From Candidatus Nanohalarchaeota archaeon (GTDB lineage Archaea; Nanohalarchaeota; Nanosalinia; Nanosalinales; Nanosalinaceae): a stretch of 64,000 bases of DNA. Positions 47,667-57,463 of this stretch are shown here, piece by piece; the first letter of the stretch is position 1; every line of letters starts with the position of its first letter. A model generated the notes under the pieces. That model was not told the origin of the DNA, did no database searches, and was given only the letters and a program-made list of their open reading frames with translations. The translations under genes and the position numbers were made by a program. The DNA is taken from the NCBI GenBank assembly GCA_022729235.1, contig JALDAJ010000001.1, positions 736,001-800,000 of the forward strand. The letters run 5' to 3'.

Positions 47667-48251
47667 CTACCGCTTCTCTTTATCCAGCCGTGACCCTGTG
47701 GCGCCGGTCTGACCCATGTACTTGGTGTCCTTCTTGGAGCCGTACGGCGTCTCAGCTTCCGAGGTCATGGTCTCGAACACTACCTGGCATACCCTGTCTT
47801 CCGGGTAAAGCTTCACGGGGGCGTTTCCGAGGTTCTGCATTTCGAGCGTTATATCACCCTCAAAACCAGGGTCGATGTATCCTGCGGTCGCGTGGACGAT
47901 GATTCCCAGTCTGCCGTAGGATGAGCGTCCTTCGACCCTCGCGACTAGGTTGTCAGGGACGTTAAGTGTTTCCAGTGTGCTTCCAAGCAGGAACTCTCCA
48001 GGGTGGATGACTACGCCTTCTTCTGCAGAGTGTCTCTCGCCGTTTATGAAGTCGCCGTATTTTTCCATGTTCTTGGTGTCTATCATCTCCAGTTTCCTGT
48101 TGTTCAGAACACCGAACTCATATCCCAGCCTTAAATCGAACGAGGAAGGTCCAAGCTGAAGTCCGAGGTCGATTTCAGGTCCTTTTTCGACATAGATAGC
48201 GTCTTTCTCCTGTACAAGTTCTTTCAGGTCCCTGTCGGACAGTATAGCCAT
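47667..48251 (-). CDS. dcd: dCTP deaminase
   Basis: ILSDRD, DLRLG, EGRSSYGRLG, TAGYIDPGFEG.ITLE, KYMGQ. Confidence 0.96.
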   Translation of the reverse strand: MAILSDRDLKELVQEKDAIYVEKGPEIDLGLQLGPSSFDLRLGYEFGVLNNRKLEMIDTKNMEKYGDFINGERHSAEEGVVIHPGEFLLGSTLETLNVPDNLVARVEGRSSYGRLGIIVHATAGYIDPGFEGDITLEMQNLGNAPVKLYPEDRVCQVVFETMTSEAETPYGSKKDTKYMGQTGATGSRLDKEKR

Positions 48252-48303
48252 AACTTTTTCTCGGGCTTGTAGTCTTTTATTCCTTCATGCTAAAACAAGG
48301 GTC

Positions 48304-49758
48304 ATGAGGAAGCTTCTGTTCCTGTTATCGCTCTTATTCCTTGCTACAGCTGTTTCGGGACAGGTACAGTACCAGGTCGATACTGATGAGGAAAAAATAC
48401 TGAAGAATACCACGGTCAAGCTGGACTGCTCGAATACCTGTCCCGGGCTGAGCTGGTCTCTGTCCTCTGGAGAGAAAGTCCTGCACGTGAGAGACGGTCA
48501 GGGAGAGATATCGGATTATGATGTCAACGGTGACGAGCTGGATATACCCGGAAGGCGTTTTGCAAGGCAGGAGGAACGTGTCTTGGAGATAAGGACTCGT
48601 ATAGACAGGGAGGCTGAGGAGATACATGAGGGACTGTATAAGAGAACAGTGCAGTTTTCGGGTTTCCCGGATGAGGAGACTTCCGGGATGATAAAGTCTC
48701 CGAAGTTGCTTTCTGGGAGGGTAGGTTTCGGATTCGACATGTCTTTTGAGGACAGAGAGATGAGGTTCCAGGGAGAAGGCCCGGTCAATGTCCGTTTAAA
48801 ATCTGGTGAGGGATATGATACCCGTTACTTCTCATTCTTCGGAGATAGACCTGGTGATACGGAAATGGCTTATGAGGTACCTGTAGGTACCACTGGTCTT
48901 GTCCAGGATTTCGAAAGGTTTCCGGTTGCAGTACACACTGACGAGAGCTATGATTTAAACATTAATGACTGGAGTTCGGGTGAGTACGTTGCGGGTTCCA
49001 TACAGATACGGGATCAAGAGAGTTTGGGAGGTAAGTTTCTTCCTGTTCTTGCACATGAGGTCGTCCACGGTCTCAATGATAGAGAGTTGACCTGGGATCA
49101 GACGAGTTCAAGTTATTTCGATGAAGGTACCGCAACCTATGTAGAGTTCCTCATGGAGAAAAAGCTTTACAGAGAAGGTGAAAGGGACCGGCCGCCTAGA
49201 GAGCTTTTCGGTGATGCAGTAAGGTACCGCGAGGGAAGACACGTTTACAGGGTACCGCCTAGAGGCGACAGTGACCAGCTCTGGAATTACTACCAGGACG
49301 AACAGGACTTTATGAAGTATTGGAACGCGCACGACAGTGAGGGAGACACTCGAAGTTTCGGATATGCTTACTCGCAGCTGATAATCAGGAACTACATATC
49401 CAGGATGAACGGCTCTCTCCAGGATTTTTATCGGGAGCTCGAAGTCGATCAAAAGGTCGAGGACCCTGAAGTAAAGTGGGAGATATATTCCGGGCACCTG
49501 GATATGACTCCGTGCGACTATGATTCGCGGGGAAAATTTGAAGGATGCCTGGAGGAGATCAACGATTACGACTACCCTGTTTACTCCGCGGAGCCTGACA
49601 GGGATACGAAGCAGTTGGAAATCGAGAGACTGGAGGTTCCGGAGCTTGAAAAACCTTCTGTATCACAGGTATCTGAGGGAGAGGTAACTTTGACGGAGTT
49701 TGTAAAAGGTTTCATAGACTATATAGTCATGGAACTAAGTTCTTTTTTCAAGCTCTAG
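48304..49758 (+). CDS. Secreted gluzincin metallopeptidase-like protein
   Basis: Signal peptide; LAHEVVH...YFDEGTATY (HExxH plus distal E). Confidence 0.8.
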   Translation: MRKLLFLLSLLFLATAVSGQVQYQVDTDEEKILKNTTVKLDCSNTCPGLSWSLSSGEKVLHVRDGQGEISDYDVNGDELDIPGRRFARQEERVLEIRTRIDREAEEIHEGLYKRTVQFSGFPDEETSGMIKSPKLLSGRVGFGFDMSFEDREMRFQGEGPVNVRLKSGEGYDTRYFSFFGDRPGDTEMAYEVPVGTTGLVQDFERFPVAVHTDESYDLNINDWSSGEYVAGSIQIRDQESLGGKFLPVLAHEVVHGLNDRELTWDQTSSSYFDEGTATYVEFLMEKKLYREGERDRPPRELFGDAVRYREGRHVYRVPPRGDSDQLWNYYQDEQDFMKYWNAHDSEGDTRSFGYAYSQLIIRNYISRMNGSLQDFYRELEVDQKVEDPEVKWEIYSGHLDMTPCDYDSRGKFEGCLEEINDYDYPVYSAEPDRDTKQLEIERLEVPELEKPSVSQVSEGEVTLTEFVKGFIDYIVMELSSFFKL

Positions 49759-50109
49759 CAGCTTCTGTTTAAGCCCCGGATATTGGTAACCGCCGATACC
49801 ATCGCTTGCAACTATTCTGTGGCAGGGAACTATAACCGGTACAGGGTTTCTGGAGCATGCGCTCCCGACCGCGATAGCAGAACTATCGATTTCCTCGGCG
49901 ATTTCTCCGTAAGTCCTGGTCTGGCTGTAAGGGATTTTCTGCATCTCTTTCATCACTTCGCCGGTGAAATTATCTGGAAAACTTACCTTGATATCAAGAC
50001 TTTTCTCCCCTTCCATGTAGCGGTCAAGACGTTCCCTGATTTCTGCCTCGCCCGCATCTACCAGCGACTCGTCTATCTCTACTGTTGTCCCATATATCTC
50101 GTATTTCAT
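49735..50109 (-). CDS. ogt: Methylated-DNA--protein-cysteine methyltransferase
   Basis: TYGEIA...AVG.AC..NP...VPCHRIV. Confidence 0.93.
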   Translation of the reverse strand: MKYEIYGTTVEIDESLVDAGEAEIRERLDRYMEGEKSLDIKVSFPDNFTGEVMKEMQKIPYSQTRTYGEIAEEIDSSAIAVGSACSRNPVPVIVPCHRIVASDGIGGYQYPGLKQKLLELEKRT

Positions 50110-50161
50110 GCTTTGGGCGGTCGCTGTAGTTTAATTAAGCTGACTGCGAAAAAGAACGTAG

Positions 50162-51112
50162 ATGGACTGGAAGCGATACGAGAAGTGGCTAATAGTATAC
50201 CTGAAGGGATTCGCGATGGGGTGTGCGGACGCCGTTCCCGGTGTTTCTGGCGGGACGATAGCCCTTATTGTCGGCATATATGAGAGACTTATCACTGCGA
50301 TAACTTCTATCGACATAGAAAAAATTGTTGCTGTTATGAAATGCGTTACCCCGTCCATGTTTCCTGAAGCCAAGGAGGCATTCCTCGACATGGACGGACC
50401 ATTCCTGCTGGTCCTGGGTCTGGGAATAATCACTGCGGTGGTGTCGATACTACGAATCATCTACTACCTGCTCTCGAATCATCCTGTACCAACTTACGGC
50501 TTCTTCTTCGGGCTCATCGCGGTTTCCGCGGTCATCCTTTACCGCGAGGTCGATCTGTCCACGTCTGGAAGAAAAGCTGCTGCGCTGGCCGGTTTCCTTA
50601 CAGCGTTCATAACCTCTGGATATGCTACCGCGGCGCTGGGACATGAACTGCCCGTCATATTCCTTGCAGGCATGGTAGCTGTAAGCGCGATGGTTCTGCC
50701 TGGTATCTCCGGCTCCCTGATCCTCATAATCCTGGGTCAGTACGAGTACATGTCAGGCGCACTATCCGAGTTCACGGACGCGATTGTCTCGGGTCTGGTC
50801 TCTGGAAACACTGTGCCTGTTATCGAAACAGGTCCGCCAGTAGTTGTGTTCATCACTGGAGCAGTTGTTGGGCTTTTCACAGTAGCCCATATAGTGCGTA
50901 GAGCGCTTGACACTTACCGGTACGCGACCATCGCTTTCCTGGTAAGCCTGGTCGCCGGTGCTCTCCGGGCGCCGGTAGAAGAGGTCAACAGGACACTTGT
51001 AGAACAGGGAGCAACATGGGCATCAGTTCTCCCCGAGTTCACGATAGCAGCACTTGCAGGCGGTCTTATGATATATCTGATTGATAGGAAGGCAGGAGTT
51101 ATAGAGTACTAG
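50162..51112 (+). CDS. DUF368 family membrane protein (polyprenyl-phosphate translocase-like)
   Basis: KGFAMGCADAVPGVSGGTIA and AMVLPGISGS repeats. Confidence 0.92.
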   Translation: MDWKRYEKWLIVYLKGFAMGCADAVPGVSGGTIALIVGIYERLITAITSIDIEKIVAVMKCVTPSMFPEAKEAFLDMDGPFLLVLGLGIITAVVSILRIIYYLLSNHPVPTYGFFFGLIAVSAVILYREVDLSTSGRKAAALAGFLTAFITSGYATAALGHELPVIFLAGMVAVSAMVLPGISGSLILIILGQYEYMSGALSEFTDAIVSGLVSGNTVPVIETGPPVVVFITGAVVGLFTVAHIVRRALDTYRYATIAFLVSLVAGALRAPVEEVNRTLVEQGATWASVLPEFTIAALAGGLMIYLIDRKAGVIEY

Positions 51113-51690
51113 TACTTTGATTCTCGCCTCCTTGCATTCTCCAGCGACTCCTGTATCTGCTCTTCCGCGTTCTTTTCCACGGCGTTATCGTGACCTGGAT
51201 AGAACGCGTCCACGCCCAGCTCTACTATCTTCTCTATCGACTCTATCAACAGGTCTCGGTCTCCTTCCTCAAGGTCCGTTCTGCCGAATGAGCCTGCAGG
51301 AAACAGCAGGTCGCCTGTGAAAAGTATCTTTTCTTCCGATGAGTACAGGCAGATAGAGTCGTCCTTGTGTCCGGGTGTGTGGATGACCTCGAACTCGATT
51401 CCTGCAATTTCCACAGTATTTTCCTCTGAAAGTTCTTCCGCATCGACAGGAAGGTTGTCAGGATTGTAGGCGTAAACCTTCGGACCGTATTTATCCACTA
51501 TCTTCGGCAGGTTATCGACATGGTCGTAGTGTGAATGTGTTATGACGACCTTGTCAACCGGTTCAAGTTTCCTGATTTCTTCCCAGGAGTCGCCTGTACC
51601 TGCATCGATCAAGACGGTCTCATCGTTCTCGATTAGCCAGACGTTGCCGGTGAATTCTTCGGCTTCTTCAGAAATGTTGGTGATTTCCAT
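51109..51690 (-). CDS. Metallo-beta-lactamase fold hydrolase (glyoxalase II-like)
   Basis: THSHYDH, HTPGH, FTGD, GRTDL, YPGH. Confidence 0.92.
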   Translation of the reverse strand: MEITNISEEAEEFTGNVWLIENDETVLIDAGTGDSWEEIRKLEPVDKVVITHSHYDHVDNLPKIVDKYGPKVYAYNPDNLPVDAEELSEENTVEIAGIEFEVIHTPGHKDDSICLYSSEEKILFTGDLLFPAGSFGRTDLEEGDRDLLIESIEKIVELGVDAFYPGHDNAVEKNAEEQIQESLENARRRESKY

Positions 51691-51731
51691 GTGTCAAGAT
51701 TGTGGTGGCTGGGTTTATGCGTTACGGATTT

Positions 51732-52964
51732 CTATCTTATCCGGTACCGGAGTATCGCTGCAACGCCTCCCATGTTGCTGAGTCGTCTGCCTTCTTCGTG
51801 GTCGGTGGATATGATTTCGAGCCCGGAGTTCATCTCCTCTGCTTTCTTACCGAACACGTCCACTATATCGCTGATGGTTTCCAGATCCATCTCATCGTTG
51901 CATTCATCGCATTCCATATCTTCCTCTATCTCTGGTTTCTCCTCGAATACTTCTTTCTCGTGCCCGTTCGGACACTCGTAGCGCGCGAGAAACAGGTCTA
52001 CATCCTCTGTTATCAGCAGCGTGTCAACCGCACCCATCCCTAGGGCTTTCTTCACCTGTTCGACGCCGTATTCGCTCTTACCGTTCTCCTCTCTCAGGTT
52101 GTCGAAGAACTCGTTGACCAGGTTCTTCTCCTTGACAACTTCTGCGTCCTGTATCGCGTCCTCCGCCTTGTTCACTAGCTCTTCCAGCGCTTCTTCACCG
52201 GAGTAGTTCAGATCCTCCGTCGCAACGACCTCGTCCCGCAGTTCCTGGTGCAGGTGGTCTTCCATGAACTTTTCCTTCGCGAATCCGGGACCTCCTACGA
52301 GTATCCCGAGGAGTTTGTCATCCCTTGCCTTCTGGAGGAGTGCGTTCTTTGCGTTTTCTGCCACGTCGCCCAGGAAGTTTTTCAGCATCTCTTTCCTGAT
52401 TCTGGCGAATCTTTGCGCGGATTGACCTCCTGCCCTCGTTTTTCCGGGTACTTCCGAGGACATTGTGTACTCTGTCTTGATATTCGAGCCCTGGAGGTAG
52501 CCTATGGCGGCGTCGTTCTTGTCTACTGCGATTAATCCGTAGACTTTGTCGGATACGACCATCTGTCTTAGAGGTTCCAGAACGAACTCCTTGTCGCAAC
52601 GGTAGTGCCGGGACTCGATTGGTTGTGGAGGAACAACCTCCCATACCTGTATATCCGGTCGTCCTTCCCGTTCCGACACATTTCCTGAGAAGAACGCGAC
52701 ACCGTTCTCAGGTGTTGTATGCTCTTCCTGCACCTTTCTACCGATCTTGTCAAGCGCTGCCTGAACATTCTTCCGGGTGTGCTTCGACTTGATGTTCTCC
52801 GCCTCTGATGCTTCCGATGTCACGAAGTCTGATATCTTCGACATGTCGTACCCTGCGGGGATGTACAGCGACACTAACTCGGTATTCCTGCCTCTGATAT
52901 CCTCCAGCTGGTTGATGAGCTTCTTCAACTGGTACTTGGTCATGGTCTGTGTTTCTTGAGTCAT
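51732..52964 (-). CDS. prf1: Peptide chain release factor aRF1
   Basis: TELVSLYIP, NIKS, YRCDKEF, GGQSAQRF. Confidence 0.97.
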   Translation of the reverse strand: MTQETQTMTKYQLKKLINQLEDIRGRNTELVSLYIPAGYDMSKISDFVTSEASEAENIKSKHTRKNVQAALDKIGRKVQEEHTTPENGVAFFSGNVSEREGRPDIQVWEVVPPQPIESRHYRCDKEFVLEPLRQMVVSDKVYGLIAVDKNDAAIGYLQGSNIKTEYTMSSEVPGKTRAGGQSAQRFARIRKEMLKNFLGDVAENAKNALLQKARDDKLLGILVGGPGFAKEKFMEDHLHQELRDEVVATEDLNYSGEEALEELVNKAEDAIQDAEVVKEKNLVNEFFDNLREENGKSEYGVEQVKKALGMGAVDTLLITEDVDLFLARYECPNGHEKEVFEEKPEIEEDMECDECNDEMDLETISDIVDVFGKKAEEMNSGLEIISTDHEEGRRLSNMGGVAAILRYRIR

Positions 52965-53000
52965 GGGGTTGGATGCGGGCAGAATACTTTTATTTACAGG

Positions 53001-53174
53001 TCAGAAATGCTGCAGGAATTTTTCTCTGGACACGGTGTGGTAGTCGTAGTCAGGAGAGAATATCTCGAATGTAGCGGTCTCCATCTCACCAATCCCGATT
53101 TCCGCGAAGTCGAATTCTTCCGGGACTTCTTCTACTAGTTCTGTCTTTGGTCCAAGAGAGATTCCGATCTTCAT
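53001..53174 (-). pseudogene. 57-aa ORF, apparent in-frame deletion remnant of a sugar-phosphate isomerase-like TIM barrel
   Basis: MKIGISLG...FDFAEIGIGEME (beta1-beta2-like) joined directly to TATFEIFSPDYDY...SREKF (beta8/last helix-like); TTTAAA promoter upstream. Confidence 0.5.
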
Positions 53175-53243
53175 TTTAACCTAAATATTGAGAATTATTG
53201 ATTTAAAGGCAATTTTCCCTCATTCTGACTATACAGGGATATC

Positions 53244-54116
53244 ATGGTGACGATTATAGAGCTCGGTGTCGTAGTTGCTCTTTTGGCATCTCTGGTCTCA
53301 GCTTTAAGAGATGCGTTCCAGAAGAAGCTTACTGATGGCTTTACTTCTGTAGAGATTGGTTTTATCGGACAGGTTTACGGTGTTGTATTGCTGGCTCCCC
53401 TGACTCTTTACGTTTACCTTACGAGTGAGGCTGTGATGACATCCACTGTTTTTCTTTCGATTCTCGTGGTTTCGACCTGCATAGTTCTCGCTTTTTACTT
53501 CTTCATCGAGGCGTTGAGAGACACGGATATATCGATCGTCTCGCCTTTGAGAAGGTCGACGCCTATAGTCGTCGCACTTCTGGAACCTCTAGTTCTGGGG
53601 GTAAGTTATCGTTCTGTTGTGTTGCTCGCCGGTGCTCTAGGGACTGTTGGTGCCTATGTATTGATGGCTGATGAAGGTTTCATGGAGCCTATACTGAATC
53701 TCAGGGAGAGAGGGGCTCAAATGGCTCTTGCCTCGACTTTTGTATTTGCTATATCTGCCATATCTCTGAGGTATGGAACCACTAATTACGATACTATTCT
53801 CTTCACTTATCTGGTCTACCTGCTAGGTCTAGTTGGTTTCTGGTTCTTGATGGTCGGAGGTTCCCATAGTGTTTCTAGACCTGACTACCTTGATTCCGAT
53901 ATGATATGGATGGGGTCTCTGAACACTGTGGCGGCGGTCATGACCTTTTACGCCTTCTCACTTATATCTGCCTCTGAGGTTACTATCGTAAAGCAAACCA
54001 CAGGGATATTCGGGATTCTCGTTGGAGGTGCGTACTTCAGGGAGTCAGAGTTGTTAAGAAAGCTCATCGGTACCCTGATAGTGATCGCCGGGGTTGTTCT
54101 GGTGGTCCTTTACTAG
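53244..54116 (+). CDS. EamA/DMT family transporter
   Basis: About 10 TM segments in two repeats; ISIVSPL, G..YFRE...KLIG. Confidence 0.9.
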   Translation: MVTIIELGVVVALLASLVSALRDAFQKKLTDGFTSVEIGFIGQVYGVVLLAPLTLYVYLTSEAVMTSTVFLSILVVSTCIVLAFYFFIEALRDTDISIVSPLRRSTPIVVALLEPLVLGVSYRSVVLLAGALGTVGAYVLMADEGFMEPILNLRERGAQMALASTFVFAISAISLRYGTTNYDTILFTYLVYLLGLVGFWFLMVGGSHSVSRPDYLDSDMIWMGSLNTVAAVMTFYAFSLISASEVTIVKQTTGIFGILVGGAYFRESELLRKLIGTLIVIAGVVLVVLY

Positions 54117-56707
54117 TTCTTCACTATCACGAACCCGTCTCCGGCTTCCAGCATCTCTCCTTCTCCCTTGTAGCGGTGTTCTTCTTCGACCTCGAACATC
54201 TCGGGTTTGAGTAGTTCGCCTGCAACTCTGAGTCTGCCGGCGTCAATCTTCCATTCGTTTTTCTCCAGAGCCTCTTCTATCTCGGAGACCTTGTTCCCGT
54301 ACTCTGGTCCTGCGACCTCGTAGTCAAGCTTGATTTCGATGACTTCCTGCTCGGTCTCCGGCTCTTCTTCGAGTACTTCCAGGGTGTCAACGTGCATAAC
54401 GTCTTTGATGGCTGCCTGGAAGCCTTCGATATCGCCGTATATCTGGACTTTTCTCAGGGTTTTGTTGAGAGGCATCTGCCTCTTCGACTTATACTTTCTC
54501 AGTGCGGAGATGACGTCCATCGCCTGTTCTCCCTTCTCCAGGTCTGCCCTGACTCCTTCTTTCTCGGGCCAGGAAGAGGTGTGGATGGAACCTTCCCCGT
54601 ATATCTCGTGCCAGATCTCCTCGGTTATGTGAGAGAGGAATGGCGCGAACATCTTCAGGAATGCGCGGTGTGACCGTCTGAGGGCGTGCTCGGCGGAACG
54701 GATGTCTTCTCCTTCCAGTCTCTGCTTTGATATCTCAAGGTAGTTGTCGCAGAAAGTTTCCCAGAAGACGTGTCTCAGGCGGTCGCGGGCTTTTGAGAAC
54801 TCGTAGTTCTCCATTTTCTCGGTAACGTACTCTATGGTTTCATCTAACTTGGCTAGCATCCACCTGTCGATTTCTTCCAGTTCCTCCTCCCGGACATCAG
54901 GGTCACGTGGTGCAAGCCTGTCAACAAGCTTTGAGGCGTTCCACAGTTTCCTGAGCAGTTTTTCACCTGCTTCAAGATCACCTTCGTTGAATGGGAGGTC
55001 GTCCCCGACCCTTGAACCTGCGCTCCAGTATCTTGCGGCGTCGACAGGGTACTCTTCCAGGACTTCCTGTGGAAGTACGACGTTTCCTTTTGATTTGGAC
55101 ATCTTTTCACGGTTCTCGTCAAGCACCATTCCGTTGATCATGACATCCTCGAATGGGACTTCTCCGGTGTGTTCAAGACATTTTACAACTGTGTGGAAAA
55201 GCCAGAAGGAGATGATGTCGTGTCCCTGTGGTCTGAGGTTCATAGGGTAAAGCCCTGGTCTCTGCATCATGTATTCTTCGCTCTCGGAGTCCCAGTCCCA
55301 GTCGGCGTTGATAAGCGGTGTTAGCGAGGAGGTTGCCCATGTGTCGAAGACATCCTCCTCCGGCTTAAAGTTCTGCGAGCTGCAGTCAGGGCATTCATCG
55401 ACTGGTGGCTCGTCCTGCAGCGGGTCGACTGGTAGCTGTTCTTTTTCCGCTATTATCTCCTGTCCGCAGTCTTTACAGTACCAGACCGGGAACGGGATAC
55501 CGGAATCCCGCTGTCTTGAGATACACCAGTCCCACTGTAGACCTTCGATCCAGTGCTTGTACCGCGTGAACATCTTTTCAGGGTACCAGTCCAGTTCTTT
55601 ACCTGCTTCCAGGTATTCTTCCCTCTTGTCAAGCAGCTTGACGTACCACTGTTCTGTTACCAGGAATTCTATCCCGGTTCCACAGCGTTCGTGGACCTGG
55701 ACAGTGTGAGTTATATCCTCCTGTTCGAGCAGGTTATTGGCTTCTTGGAGGTCTTTTATTATGGCCTTTCTGGCTTCATCAGTTGTCATACCTTCGTACT
55801 CTCCGGCGACATCAGTCATGATACCTGCCTCGTCTATTGCAACGCGCAGATCAAGATTGTGTGCTTGGTACCATTCGATGTCTGTCTGGTCTCCGAAGGT
55901 ACAGCACATGACTACGCCAGTACCCTTCTCCATTTCAACACGCTCGTCTTTGAGTATAGGGACCTCGTGACCGAAGATAGGGACGACTGCGTCTTCTCCT
56001 GCAAGGTGGCTGTTGGCGTCATCATCAGGGTGTACAAATATTGCGACACATGCCGGCAGGAGTTCTGGTCTTGTAGTTGATATGACTACTGAGCCTTCTC
56101 CCGCGGCAAGTTCGAACTCTATGTCGTTGAAGCTTGAATGTTTCTCCGCGTCCTCTGTCTCAACCTGGGATATAGCGGTCTCGCACTCAGGACACCAGAT
56201 AGCGGGTGCTTCCTCCCGGTATTCTCTGCCGTTCTCGTAGAGGTCGATGAAGGAGAGCTGTGATATTTTCTGGACACGGGGTTCTATGGTCTTGTATACA
56301 TTGCTCCAGTCCATCGAGAACGCGAACGTCTGCATGACCTCTTCGAATTCTTCCTCGTATTCTTCGCATATCTTCCGGGTTTTCTCCTGGAACTTTCTAC
56401 GCGTAAAGTTCTGGTGCTCTATACCGAGTTCTCTTTCTGTTAAACGTTCTGATGCGATCCCGTTGTCGTCGTGCCCGAATGGGAAGTAAACATTTTTTCC
56501 ACGCATCCGCTGGAACCGTGCCATAAAGTCTGTTAGTGTGTTTCCGTAGGTGTGTCCGAAGTGCAGGTTTCCTGATACAGTTGGTGGTGGCGTGTCGATT
56601 GAGAATACCTCTGCATCACTTTCCCTGTCGTAGAAATAGGTCTCGTTTTGAACCCATCTGTTACTCCATTTCTGTTCGGATTCTTCTGGATGGTAGTTTC
56701 CTTTCAT
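54113..56707 (-). CDS. valS: Valine--tRNA ligase
   Basis: IDTPPPTVSG.LH.GH, WCISRQR, DTWATSS, QGHDII.FW, KMSKS. Confidence 0.97.
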   Translation of the reverse strand: MKGNYHPEESEQKWSNRWVQNETYFYDRESDAEVFSIDTPPPTVSGNLHFGHTYGNTLTDFMARFQRMRGKNVYFPFGHDDNGIASERLTERELGIEHQNFTRRKFQEKTRKICEEYEEEFEEVMQTFAFSMDWSNVYKTIEPRVQKISQLSFIDLYENGREYREEAPAIWCPECETAISQVETEDAEKHSSFNDIEFELAAGEGSVVISTTRPELLPACVAIFVHPDDDANSHLAGEDAVVPIFGHEVPILKDERVEMEKGTGVVMCCTFGDQTDIEWYQAHNLDLRVAIDEAGIMTDVAGEYEGMTTDEARKAIIKDLQEANNLLEQEDITHTVQVHERCGTGIEFLVTEQWYVKLLDKREEYLEAGKELDWYPEKMFTRYKHWIEGLQWDWCISRQRDSGIPFPVWYCKDCGQEIIAEKEQLPVDPLQDEPPVDECPDCSSQNFKPEEDVFDTWATSSLTPLINADWDWDSESEEYMMQRPGLYPMNLRPQGHDIISFWLFHTVVKCLEHTGEVPFEDVMINGMVLDENREKMSKSKGNVVLPQEVLEEYPVDAARYWSAGSRVGDDLPFNEGDLEAGEKLLRKLWNASKLVDRLAPRDPDVREEELEEIDRWMLAKLDETIEYVTEKMENYEFSKARDRLRHVFWETFCDNYLEISKQRLEGEDIRSAEHALRRSHRAFLKMFAPFLSHITEEIWHEIYGEGSIHTSSWPEKEGVRADLEKGEQAMDVISALRKYKSKRQMPLNKTLRKVQIYGDIEGFQAAIKDVMHVDTLEVLEEEPETEQEVIEIKLDYEVAGPEYGNKVSEIEEALEKNEWKIDAGRLRVAGELLKPEMFEVEEEHRYKGEGEMLEAGDGFVIVKN

Positions 56708-56857
56708 ATTTCTCGGTCCTTAAAAGGAGTCGACTGTACGACTCTTAAATTCCTTTTCAGGTTTTGAGGAGTGGTAAAGCTGTGTCTGGTTGATGTCGAG
56801 TTTGTGCAAGTTAAGCCACCTTTGAAAATCAAGTTGGGTAAAAGGGCCGGAGCTTCT

Positions 56858-56926
56858 TCAGGGGTTGAGAACTGTTCCTGACCGTACAAAACGGCCACCC
56901 TTGGTTGGATGGGTTGATAGCTCCAT
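56858..56926 (-). other. Candidate upstream leader peptide of valS
   Basis: MELSTHPTKGGRFVRSGTVLNP*; ATG lies 30 nt downstream of the first T of the TATA box in GAAAG-TGAT-TTTATAAA. Confidence 0.4.
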
Positions 56927-57033
56927 AACAGGGTAAATGTACGCGAATTTTATAAAATCACTTTCTTTTGTACAGGGTTGTTCACTCAAAACGAAAAGCC
57001 ATATAAAGATTTTTTATCTTATAGTCACAACAT

Positions 57034-57420
57034 ATGAACAGCAATTTTGCCTCCGGAAATCTTCCGGAGAGACCTGAGATAGATATGCTTGATGGTCTAC
57101 GCTTAGAATATGTCTCCAGTGTTTTGAGGTTCTTTGCAGACGTCTCAGACCTTCGTTTCACTGGAGAATTCGTTGATTGCGAAGAGTACAGCAGGATAAT
57201 TGTTCTCGTAAACGGTGTTAAGAGGACAGAGGATATCGATGAGGCGATAGCCCAGCTTACAGATGAGAGTCCTGAGAAGATTCTCATAGAGGATGAAAGT
57301 AGTAAAGTAGCCTGTTACCAGTTCTCTATAGGAGAGGAGGGGCTAGAGACTAATTTTGTTCTCGTGTGCTCGGATGAACTGCCGGATACGTGTCCTGTTA
57401 CGGATTTTTACAGTATCTAG
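57034..57420 (+). CDS. Hypothetical protein
   Basis: 128-aa acidic ORF; BRE-TATA-like GAAAAGCCATATAAA about 30 nt upstream. Confidence 0.65.
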   Translation: MNSNFASGNLPERPEIDMLDGLRLEYVSSVLRFFADVSDLRFTGEFVDCEEYSRIIVLVNGVKRTEDIDEAIAQLTDESPEKILIEDESSKVACYQFSIGEEGLETNFVLVCSDELPDTCPVTDFYSI

Positions 57421-57463
57421 AATCACTGCCTCCCGTTACACTCGGTTTCTGTGAGAGCCTGTT

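Noticed and set aside
56810-56905. T-box riboswitch upstream of valS (AAGGGTGG, AAAGGTGG)
   Set aside because: Lacks the UGGNACC antiterminator bulge and a recognisable stem I; T-boxes are bacterial.
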